37,017 nucleotides of DNA from a virus (Duplodnaviria; Caudoviricetes): positions 1-37,017 of IMG/VR virus record IMGVR_UViG_3300028585_000505. One strand, 5' to 3'. This document shows, in pieces, positions 19,203 to 25,570 of this stretch; position 1 is the first letter of the stretch, and each line of letters starts with the position of its first letter. The position numbers were made by a program, and so were the translations under genes. The notes under the pieces are model-generated. The model was not told the origin of the DNA, did not search any database, and saw only the letters and a list, made by a program, of their open reading frames with translations.

Positions 19203-19431
19203 CACTTCCTCCAGCCCACAAGGGCACGATGTGGTCGACCGGATGGCCAATGGTGGTGCGGCCTTCGCGCTTGCACTGCTGGCACAGGCCGCAGTCGCGC
19301 TCGCGGATGCGCTTGCGGTCCAGCACGCCGGCATAGCCGCGCTTGCGCTCGACCACATTGGGCCGCTGCGTGAGCACAGGCAGGCGCGCGCCAGCGGATT
19401 GCAAGCGCGACTTGAGGGTGGTGAGCTTCAT
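19114..19431 (-). CDS. HNH endonuclease (terminase-associated, HK97 gp74-like)
   Basis: RDCGLCQQC..VDHIVPL..GG.D..SN..TLC..CH..KS. Confidence 0.92.
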   Translation of the reverse strand: MKLTTLKSRLQSAGARLPVLTQRPNVVERKRGYAGVLDRKRIRERDCGLCQQCKREGRTTIGHPVDHIVPLWAGGSDEDSNKETLCTPCHDAKSAREAKQRGAGY

Positions 19432-19649
19432 TACTTGGCCGGCACCAGGGCGGCGACCTCGTGCAGTAGCAGGCCCGGCTTGCCGTAGCCCTTGGCCTGC
19501 AGAATCTCGGCAGCGCGCTCGGCCTCGACCAGGCGCGCGCAGATGCGATCGAGCGAGCCGCTGTTGGTGACGGTCCAGGTGATAGCCGGCGCCCGGCCGG
19601 TGACGGCACGGACGATCTGTTGGCGGTAGCAGCTGGCGGTGGTGATCAC
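19431..19649 (-). CDS. Hypothetical protein, 72 aa (MITTASCYRQQIV...)
   Basis: GTGA and TAATG coupling at its two ends. Confidence 0.6.
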   Translation of the reverse strand: MITTASCYRQQIVRAVTGRAPAITWTVTNSGSLDRICARLVEAERAAEILQAKGYGKPGLLLHEVAALVPAK

Positions 19650-19801
19650 TTCTCGCTCCGCACGTAGACAGCCCGGCGCGCCACAGCAGCAACTGTTGCC
19701 TCGCTTGGTCGCCAGCCAGTGGCGCATCCGAGGATTAATGTCACGTAGAGCCATGGCTTCAACCACCAGCGAATGCCGATGTGCATCGTAATCTTGTTCA
19801 T
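19646..19801 (-). CDS. Small hydrophobic protein, 51 aa (MNKITMHIGIRWWLKPWLYVTLILGCATGW...)
   Basis: ATGA and GTGA coupling; one hydrophobic stretch. Confidence 0.55.
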   Translation of the reverse strand: MNKITMHIGIRWWLKPWLYVTLILGCATGWRPSEATVAAVARRAVYVRSEK

Positions 19802-19887
19802 TGATCACTCCGTTCGGCAGCCTGCTCGGACTGGCGCTGCACCGTATAGCGCAGCCATGCCAGCTCGTTCTCGACGCTCATGTGCAT
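19798..19887 (-). CDS. Micro-ORF, 29 aa (MHMSVENELAWLRYTVQRQSEQAAERSDQ)
   Basis: GAGGTG RBS; stop overlaps the next ATG. Confidence 0.45.
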   Translation of the reverse strand: MHMSVENELAWLRYTVQRQSEQAAERSDQ

Positions 19888-19899
19888 AGCGCACCTCAG

Positions 19900-19939
19900 A
19901 AAAAGAAAAGCCGCCCGGCGCATTGCTGCGAGGGGCGGC
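19900..19939 (-). terminator. Intrinsic terminator-like hairpin
   Basis: GCCGCCC...GGGCGGC-TTTTCTTTTT. Confidence 0.65.
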
Positions 19940-19970
19940 GAATATCCTGTGTTAGCAGGACTGGAGACAC

Positions 19971-20110
19971 GGGAGCGGACGGCGGGGCTTTCACCCGCGG
20001 CTTAGACGGTAAGCGATTTGCGCATCACCATATAGCTGCGACCGCGTTGATCGGTGGCCCTTACGTGGGCGAGACGGCGAGCCTCAGGGCTATCTGCCAA
20101 GTAGACCGCT
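19971..20110 (-). ncRNA. Candidate structured tRNA-like RNA, about 140 nt
   Basis: Hand folding: acceptor-like stem, T-arm GCGGG-TGAAAGC-CCCGC, 3' end CGTCCGC-T-CC, internal four-way junction. Confidence 0.45.
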
Positions 20111-20115
20111 AATGC

Positions 20116-20149
20116 AAAAAAGCCCGAACGTTTAACGGTTCGGGCTTTT
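20116..20149 (-). terminator. tR'-like terminator (bidirectional form)
   Basis: AAAAGCCCGAAC...GTTCGGGCTTTTTT just downstream of the pR'-like promoter. Confidence 0.85.
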
Positions 20150-20180
20150 CTTCGGGCGTGCAGAAACACCCAGTGGGTAG

Positions 20181-20209
20181 AGTTTACGAGAAATACAGCC
20201 GAGTTGCAA
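20181..20209 (-). promoter_or_regulatory. Late promoter, pR'-like
   Basis: TTGCAA-N17-TAAACT overlapping the end of the Q-like gene. Confidence 0.65.
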
Positions 20210-20609
20210 CGTTGTTGCGCAACTTCTTTTCCAGTTCCTCGCGTGCGTCCATCAGCACGTCCTCGTAACGCGCATTCGGGAAGCGCCAGGCCGACGAGAT
20301 GCCCTGGCTTTTATAGATGGCCCAGCGGTCGCGCATCTGCAGGCTATCGACCATCGCGTTGACGCTCTCGCCAATCTTCATGTCGGCGGCGCGCTGCTGC
20401 TCGTGCAGGTCGCGCTCGTTGGCGCCCTCGCCCGCCAGCTTCATGCCGCCGGCGCCCAGGTCGCGGTCGTCGGTGCGCATGTAGTCGACCCAGCAGGCCA
20501 TGCAGGCGGCGTACGGATCGACGGTGCGGACGGTGGATTGTGGAGCCTCGGCCTTACGGACTCGGCGGAGGTTTGGTGCATTGAAAAAGCCGAGTGCAGC
20601 GGTGGTCAT
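20184..20609 (-). CDS. Putative late antiterminator (Q-like), 141 aa
   Basis: Last early-right gene, followed by promoter plus terminator; VNAMVDSL...DRWAI....ARE.LE..L sigma-region-4-like end; GGAGA RBS. Confidence 0.65.
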   Translation of the reverse strand: MTTAALGFFNAPNLRRVRKAEAPQSTVRTVDPYAACMACWVDYMRTDDRDLGAGGMKLAGEGANERDLHEQQRAADMKIGESVNAMVDSLQMRDRWAIYKSQGISSAWRFPNARYEDVLMDAREELEKKLRNNVATRLYFS

Positions 20610-20737
20610 GGGGTTCTCCGAAAAACGACCAAGCGAGCGTAACATGTGCCACCAAGAAATTTCCGAATTGAATTTGTTTCCTGCTGGCTTTTTACAACAG
20701 GTCTGCAGTGAGCAGCGAAGCTGGGCCAAGCGCGCAG

Positions 20738-20766
20738 TAGACACTCGGCTCTTCTTAGATTAACTT
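20738..20766 (+). promoter_or_regulatory. Possible sigma70 promoter of the Abi/Imm pair
   Basis: TAGACA-N17-TAACTT about 30 nt before the ATG. Confidence 0.45.
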
Positions 20767-20795
20767 CTCAGCAATATCCACCGGGAGAGACGGCA

Positions 20796-21503
20796 ATGCA
20801 GGACGAAATTAAGGCGGTCGCAAATGCGGCGGAAGAAGTTGCGAAAACTACCAGCAAGGCGCTGGACATGGTGCAAAGCGCAGGAAGGTTCGTTGCTGAA
20901 TACACTCGCACCCCAATAGAGGCAGGCATTGGCATCATTTCTGACAAGCTCGTCTATATGCGATGGGAGCGACAGCAACGGTTTTTCCAACGGTCGCAAG
21001 AATTCCTTACGCAACGAGGGCTTTCAGCACCGCTCAATGCCCTTCCGCTCAATTTCGCGATTCCATTACTTGAGGCGGCAGCCCTTGAGGAAAATGATGA
21101 CCTCCAAGACTTGTGGGCAGCGCTGCTCGTAAATGCCGCGACATCGTCGTCTTCAAACGATCGCCGGAGGGCCTTCATATCAATGCTCGAGCAGCTGACG
21201 CCCTTAGATGCAATGGTCCTGCTTAAAATCCACTCTGTGCTCCGCGGCGATCTTTCGGAGCGCGCTGCGGTCACGCAAAACCTGCCAGAGAATACCCACG
21301 TGTATTCCCAGGACACGCCGTTCGAAAACCTGGGATCCCCAACCGACGAGGTCACGCTCTCTCTGGCCAACCTAGTCAGGATCGGATGCCTCGATGCTGA
21401 AGAAAATTGGGGTGGCCAGAAAGACTATAGAAACGCCTACATGACAGTGCTAGGCAGAGCCTTCTGCGAAGCTGTTGTCCTGCGCGGCCCTGGGGGCTGT
21501 TAA
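20796..21503 (+). CDS. Abi-alpha / DUF4393 family protein
   Basis: AIPLLEAAALEE.DDLQDLWAALL.NA, FISMLEQLTPLDA..L, SLANLVRIG, MT.LG.AF motifs. Confidence 0.8.
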   Translation: MQDEIKAVANAAEEVAKTTSKALDMVQSAGRFVAEYTRTPIEAGIGIISDKLVYMRWERQQRFFQRSQEFLTQRGLSAPLNALPLNFAIPLLEAAALEENDDLQDLWAALLVNAATSSSSNDRRRAFISMLEQLTPLDAMVLLKIHSVLRGDLSERAAVTQNLPENTHVYSQDTPFENLGSPTDEVTLSLANLVRIGCLDAEENWGGQKDYRNAYMTVLGRAFCEAVVLRGPGGC

Positions 21504-21787
21504 TGGAAGGACTTCTTTGGCTGGTTCTCATAGTTGGCGTGCCGATTACATATTTCCACCCGACGATTAGGGCATTTCGGACAGAGCATCCGGACACTAT
21601 GGCAATCGCTGTTGCCAATACGCTCTTGGGTTGGCTAGTGATTCCTTGGATCGCACTTGTCTGGTGGGTTTACCGCCCCCGAAAATTCCAGCCTCTCCCC
21701 ACAAGCAAGATTTGCGCATATTGCTTCGAGCAAGTTCATCCTCGCGCCACAAAGTGCAAACACTGTCATTCGCGGCTGACCTATTGA
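21503..21787 (+). CDS. Superinfection immunity protein (T4 Imm-like) with C-terminal zinc ribbon
   Basis: YFHPTI.A...H....I...N.LLGW.VI.WI motif; CAYC..CKHC. Confidence 0.8.
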   Translation: MEGLLWLVLIVGVPITYFHPTIRAFRTEHPDTMAIAVANTLLGWLVIPWIALVWWVYRPRKFQPLPTSKICAYCFEQVHPRATKCKHCHSRLTY

Positions 21788-21811
21788 TGCTTGACTTGGC
21801 AAGTTCGTCGA

Positions 21812-21927
21812 TCAAGCCGCTTTGCCATCTGCCGTCATCACCTTCACCGGCGCGCCTGGCGTCTTCGAATACCACTTCTCGATGTGGATGCGCACCACCT
21901 GAGCGTCGTCGCGCCAATCATCCCGTT
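21812..21927 (-). pseudogene. rusA: 3' remnant of a RusA resolvase gene
   Basis: NGMI/frameshift/WRDDAQVVRIHIEKWYSKTPGAPVKV resembles the RusA C-terminal W.DD.QV motif; no start or 5' part. Confidence 0.65.
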
Positions 21928-21949
21928 TTTCGCTAGGTGCTTTGCGAGA

Positions 21950-21965
21950 GTCGAAAAACTTTACA
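21950..21965 (+). promoter_or_regulatory. Enhancer-like box of the type found upstream of PEP-CTERM genes (candidate PrsR site)
   Basis: GTCGAAAAACTTTACA ending about 64 nt before the sigma54 site, with an IHF-like site (AATCAAcaatATG, minus strand, about 21997-22009) between. Confidence 0.55.
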
Positions 21966-22028
21966 CCCCTCATCGTTTAAGACTCGTACTACTCCACATA
22001 TTGTTGATTGGAAAAGGAATTTAACTTG

Positions 22029-22044
22029 TGGCACGGGTCTTGCT
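22029..22044 (+). promoter_or_regulatory. Sigma54 (RpoN) -24/-12 promoter
   Basis: TGGCACG-GGTC-TTGCT matches the consensus TGGCACG-N4-TTGCW. Confidence 0.85.
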
Positions 22045-22102
22045 ACATGGGTGCGAAGTTGGACCGACTCTGTCCACCATAAATATAACTAGGGAATCTC
22101 TG

Positions 22103-22645
22103 ATGAACTTTAATACTCTTCGCGCCTCACTCGTGGCAGCAGCCCTGACACTGGGCTCCGCACTGCCTACCCAGGCCGCAATGCTAACGTGGAATCTATC
22201 CGGTGTTCAGTTTGAGGATGGTACGATCGCCACTGGTTCAATCAAGATGGATTTTTCTGAGTACGCTTGGAAAGTCGACAGCTTTAGCGTCTCGACCTTT
22301 GACGGCGCCCTAAGCGGGTTTACCTATAACAACAGCAACAGCGACCTTATCAATACTTCCCTCAATGGAACTAATGGCTTCTACTTGTTCGGTAAATACA
22401 ATAACCGTTACTTCAACTTTGGATTCACTGCTCCGCTAACCGTCGCTGGGGGCGAAGTCGCTTTCAATACCAGAATCAGCTATGAGTGCATGAACTGTTC
22501 ACCGCAACGGCTTGTCACGGCCGGATCGCTGACCACGCTAGACGCTGCTGAGATCCCAGAACCTAGCACGGGCGCCCTGCTGATCCCTGCTCTCGCCATG
22601 ATGGGATGGATGGCGCGCCGTCGTAAGCATCTCGCCGCCAAGTAA
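22103..22645 (+). CDS. PEP-CTERM sorting-domain surface protein, 180 aa
   Basis: Signal peptide MNFNTLRASLVAAALTLGSALPTQA; Ser/Thr/Asn-rich body; C-terminal IPEPST + hydrophobic helix + RRRK. Confidence 0.92.
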   Translation: MNFNTLRASLVAAALTLGSALPTQAAMLTWNLSGVQFEDGTIATGSIKMDFSEYAWKVDSFSVSTFDGALSGFTYNNSNSDLINTSLNGTNGFYLFGKYNNRYFNFGFTAPLTVAGGEVAFNTRISYECMNCSPQRLVTAGSLTTLDAAEIPEPSTGALLIPALAMMGWMARRRKHLAAK

Positions 22646-22653
22646 AACATCTT

Positions 22654-22677
22654 GGGTGCCGCCACCCGTCGGCGCCC
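22654..22677 (+). terminator. Hairpin between the convergent PEP-CTERM and ninG genes
   Basis: GGGTGCCG-CCACCCGT-CGGCGCCC; no clear T-tail. Confidence 0.4.
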
Positions 22678-22716
22678 ACTCCTTCCTACGCCTGCGCGGC
22701 TGCCTCACTCCGCTTT

Positions 22717-23295
22717 TCAGGCCACCTCTTTCATCTGCTTCAGCTTGGCCGCGTATCGGGCCTTGATGCGCTTGGCGTCCTCGACCGTGTACTTCGCCGG
22801 CGGGTGCTCGCGCTCTAGGAACTCAACTCGCTCGTCGCCGATGCGTGCGCGCAGGCCGATGCGGTACTCGATGGCGTTGCCGCCCTTGTGCTGGTTGCAG
22901 GGCACGCACTGGCGATGCGTGTTGTCTTCGTTGAAGCGCAGCGCCGGCTGGGCGCCGACCGATCGGTAGTGGCCAGCATCCCAGGCGCCGGTGTGGTGGC
23001 GGCCGCAGCTGATGCACGGCTTGCCCTCGTCCCTCGCCCTGATGTAGCGGTTGAACACGGCCTGCGCGTCGGCCAGGTGCTCGGTGCGCGTCTTGAGCCG
23101 GGCCTTGGCCTCGCGGGTCTGCTTGGCTTCCAGGCGCTTGCGCTCGGCGGCCGTGTGGACGATCGCGCATTCCGCGCTGCATACCTTGTGAGTCATGTTG
23201 CGCGGCGCGAAGCGGTTGCCGCAGCCCTTTATTGCGCAGTTGCGGGTGCGCGTGGGCTTGAGGGTGCCAGTGCGGGCGATGGGGGTGCGGATCAT
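22717..23295 (-). CDS. ninG: NinG/Rap recombination endonuclease
   Basis: AQAVFNRYIRARD..PCISCG..WDAGHYRSVGA...LRFNEDN.H.QC..CN..K.GN..EYR..L. Confidence 0.93.
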   Translation of the reverse strand: MIRTPIARTGTLKPTRTRNCAIKGCGNRFAPRNMTHKVCSAECAIVHTAAERKRLEAKQTREAKARLKTRTEHLADAQAVFNRYIRARDEGKPCISCGRHHTGAWDAGHYRSVGAQPALRFNEDNTHRQCVPCNQHKGGNAIEYRIGLRARIGDERVEFLEREHPPAKYTVEDAKRIKARYAAKLKQMKEVA

Positions 23296-23327
23296 GCTAG
23301 GATTGCCTTTTCAATAAGGAGACGACG

Positions 23328-23588
23328 ATGGAAAACGGTTCCGGCAAACGAGAGATCGAGTTCACGCTGCTCGACGAGAAGCACCATGGATACCTTGTCG
23401 AATGGGCCGTCAGGCCGTCGACAGGCAGCCCGGGGAAATGGATGGGCGATTTCCATGCCTTCAAGGAGGGCGAGCCGGCGTTGCGCGTGTCGATAGCAAA
23501 CCTCTACGACAACCCGGCGGAAGCACGGGCAAACACCATCCGGATTGCGAAGGCACAAGTCGAAGAAGCCGTTGCCGCGAAGGGGTAG
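23328..23588 (+). CDS. Hypothetical protein, 86 aa, opposite to the operon
   Basis: Strong TAAGGAG RBS; protein-like composition. Confidence 0.6.
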   Translation: MENGSGKREIEFTLLDEKHHGYLVEWAVRPSTGSPGKWMGDFHAFKEGEPALRVSIANLYDNPAEARANTIRIAKAQVEEAVAAKG

Positions 23589-23590
23589 CG

Positions 23591-24622
23591 TCATACAGCT
23601 TCCATTACGGCTTCGACGAAGACGCGCGCCGCTTCGGCGTTGATCGCATTGCCATAGGCGCGCAGGCGTCCCACTCGACTGGTAGCCCCATGAGCCAGCG
23701 GGAATGTGCCGGGTTCAACTGGCCGCCACTTTCCATCCCTGCATCCGAGCCAGTCAGCATCGCGCCAGTAGCCGTTAGTCGGGCCGGGGTCGCCATCGTC
23801 GCCAATACAGCCAAATCGGTTATCGCCCCGCCCGGTTGGCGCCCCTTGCGCTGTAGGTATGCATCCGGGTCCAGGTTGCCGCATTGTTGAGCCAATGGCG
23901 TGGGCCAGCCTGCCAGTTTCGCCGCTCCGCCCAGCTTCAGCGCCGGGCGATCCTTGTTGCCCTGGCTGTACGTATAGTCGCTGCCAGTCGCGTCGTTCGC
24001 TACCGGCGTCGGCCAACCCGTCAGGCATGCTGCCGCAGCCAAGTCCGGCCCATGGTTGCGCATCGCCTCGATCAGCCCGCCCTCGAACGTGCGCACGCCC
24101 TTTTCCGCCAGCGCTGCCGTCGGTGTCGGCCACCCAGTAGAGCCGGTCGCGGATATGCGGAGCACCGACGCCCGCAGACGGGAACGGGATCGCCCCGAAC
24201 CGGTATCCCACGCCTTCCAGGTCATCTTGTACAAGGTCGATCCAAGCGTCTGCGTCTTTACTCGCAACCTGCTCTCCAAGGACTGCTGCAGGGCGACGCT
24301 GGCGGATGAGGTGGTGGAATGCCGGCCATAGGTGCCGCTCGTCAGCAAACCCAGCTCCTTGGCCTGCCGCGCTGAAAGGTTGGCAGGGGCAGGAACCAGT
24401 CCAAACAGGTCGATCATCTGGCCAGCCGGCGCGGCGAAGTGCCAGGGACCAAACGCCGATGCCGGCGAAGAAATGGCATTGGGTGAAGTCCTTGAGGTCG
24501 GCGGGGTGTACATCTTCGATGCTCCTGGTGTCGACCACGCCGGGGGCAATGTGGCCGGCCGCGATCAGGTTGCGCAGCCACTCGGCCGCATATTTGTCGT
24601 ATTCGTTGTAGTAGACGGTCAT
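23591..24622 (-). CDS. DNA (cytosine-5) methyltransferase, main (alpha) ORF, 343 aa
   Basis: Motif [45 protein letters not shown]. Confidence 0.9.
   Translation of the reverse strand: MTVYYNEYDKYAAEWLRNLIAAGHIAPGVVDTRSIEDVHPADLKDFTQCHFFAGIGVWSLALRRAGWPDDRPVWTGSCPCQPFSAAGQGAGFADERHLWPAFHHLIRQRRPAAVLGEQVASKDADAWIDLVQDDLEGVGYRFGAIPFPSAGVGAPHIRDRLYWVADTDGSAGGKGRAHVRGRADRGDAQPWAGLGCGSMPDGLADAGSERRDWQRLYVQPGQQGSPGAEAGRSGETGRLAHAIGSTMRQPGPGCIPTAQGAPTGRGDNRFGCIGDDGDPGPTNGYWRDADWLGCRDGKWRPVEPGTFPLAHGATSRVGRLRAYGNAINAEAARVFVEAVMEAV
23605..24417 (-). CDS. Nested alternative-frame ORF, putative methylase beta subunit, about 270 aa
   Basis: Three GWPTP repeats and motif IX-like [16 protein letters not shown]; start MIDLFG is tentative. 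Confidence 0.65.
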   Translation of the reverse strand: MIDLFGLVPAPANLSARQAKELGLLTSGTYGRHSTTSSASVALQQSLESRLRVKTQTLGSTLYKMTWKAWDTGSGRSRSRLRASVLRISATGSTGWPTPTAALAEKGVRTFEGGLIEAMRNHGPDLAAAACLTGWPTPVANDATGSDYTYSQGNKDRPALKLGGAAKLAGWPTPLAQQCGNLDPDAYLQRKGRQPGGAITDLAVLATMATPARLTATGAMLTGSDAGMESGGQLNPAHSRWLMGLPVEWDACAPMAMRSTPKRRASSSKP

Positions 24623-24834
24623 GCTGGTGCTGCCTCCTTTTGCAGGGCCTGCTGCTGCGCCACATACCGCGCCCTCGGCGCCCGGTCCTTCGCTTCCTTG
24701 AACAGCACGCCGATCTGGCCGTTCCATGGCTTCGGCTCGAGCCAGGCGGTGCACCAGCCATGGCCAGGCGGCAGGTCGGCGCGGTTGAGGGTGAAGCGCT
24801 CGCACATCGCGCAGGGGTCGCGTTCGCGGGTCAT
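24619..24834 (-). CDS. Hypothetical protein, 71 aa, with CxxC
   Basis: ATGA coupling at both ends. Confidence 0.65.
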   Translation of the reverse strand: MTRERDPCAMCERFTLNRADLPPGHGWCTAWLEPKPWNGQIGVLFKEAKDRAPRARYVAQQQALQKEAAPA

Positions 24835-25553
24835 GCTGCGAGCTCCGCGCCAGCGCGTTGGCGCAGCGCCACCTGGTGCTTTGCCCACTCGCCCGCGATC
24901 CAGGTCACGCCCTTCGGGGTGAAGCGCGCGGCGTTGTAGGCGTGGCCGCTGATCTGGGCGGTGCCGGCCTTCACGCAGAAGCGGCCGGCGTCGATATGCT
25001 GCGCATGCGGCGTCAGCTCGCCGGCCAGGCGGTAGAGGATCTTCTGGTCGAGCAGGAACTCGCGGAATTCGTTTTCCTTCGCGTGCAGCAGCTTGGCCAC
25101 TTGGCGGAAGCCCTTCGTGCCGGTCGAGTCGGCGTAGCGCTCGACGAAGTCCACAGCCGGCGCCGCGGCGGCGAGCTGCTCGGCCTGGGCGGCGATCACG
25201 TCCTGCTGGTCGGCGGCCAGGCGCAGCGCCTCGGCGAACGACCGTGGCAGCGCCGGCGCCGGCGCGGCGGCCTCGAGTTCCATCCAGCGATCGATGATCT
25301 TGGCGCGCAACGCGGCGCTGTAGCCAGAGATCACGACCAGGCAGTCGCGCTTGGCCAGGTCGTAGACCATCGTCGGGCGGCCACCGCCGTCAGCCTGGTG
25401 GGCCCGGGCAGTATTACGACCAAGTCGTAAAACTCCGTCGTTGATCAGGCGCTCGATCGTCGCGATGACGTCGTTGTGGCGCGCCTCGCAGATTTCGGCG
25501 ATCTCGCGGCTCGACATCGTCGCTTCGGCGCCAGGGGTGTGCAGTGTCAGCAT
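24831..25553 (-). CDS. Antirepressor-like protein (Rha N-terminus + ANT/KilAC C-terminus)
   Basis: TMSSREIAE....RH.DV, SGYSA.LR..IIDRW.ELE, LPRSFAEALRLAAD, FTPKG..W. Confidence 0.9.
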   Translation of the reverse strand: MLTLHTPGAEATMSSREIAEICEARHNDVIATIERLINDGVLRLGRNTARAHQADGGGRPTMVYDLAKRDCLVVISGYSAALRAKIIDRWMELEAAAPAPALPRSFAEALRLAADQQDVIAAQAEQLAAAAPAVDFVERYADSTGTKGFRQVAKLLHAKENEFREFLLDQKILYRLAGELTPHAQHIDAGRFCVKAGTAQISGHAYNAARFTPKGVTWIAGEWAKHQVALRQRAGAELAA

Positions 25554-25570
25554 GGTGCGTCTCCTCGTGA

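Noticed and set aside
19971-20110. Canonical tRNA, tmRNA or hammerhead/HDV ribozyme
   Set aside because: No TTC T-loop, D-arm, anticodon arm or CCA; too short for tmRNA; CTGAGGC does not fit the CUGANGA core and I could not build an HDV pseudoknot
22028-22102. GTG-started 25-aa N-terminal extension of the PEP-CTERM ORF
   Set aside because: The GTG lies within the sigma54 promoter; the signal peptide starts at ATG 22103
23591-24622. Methylase as a frameshifted pseudogene or part of a restriction-modification system
   Set aside because: Both frames are uninterrupted and the main frame runs from motif I to X; no cognate restriction gene is adjacent
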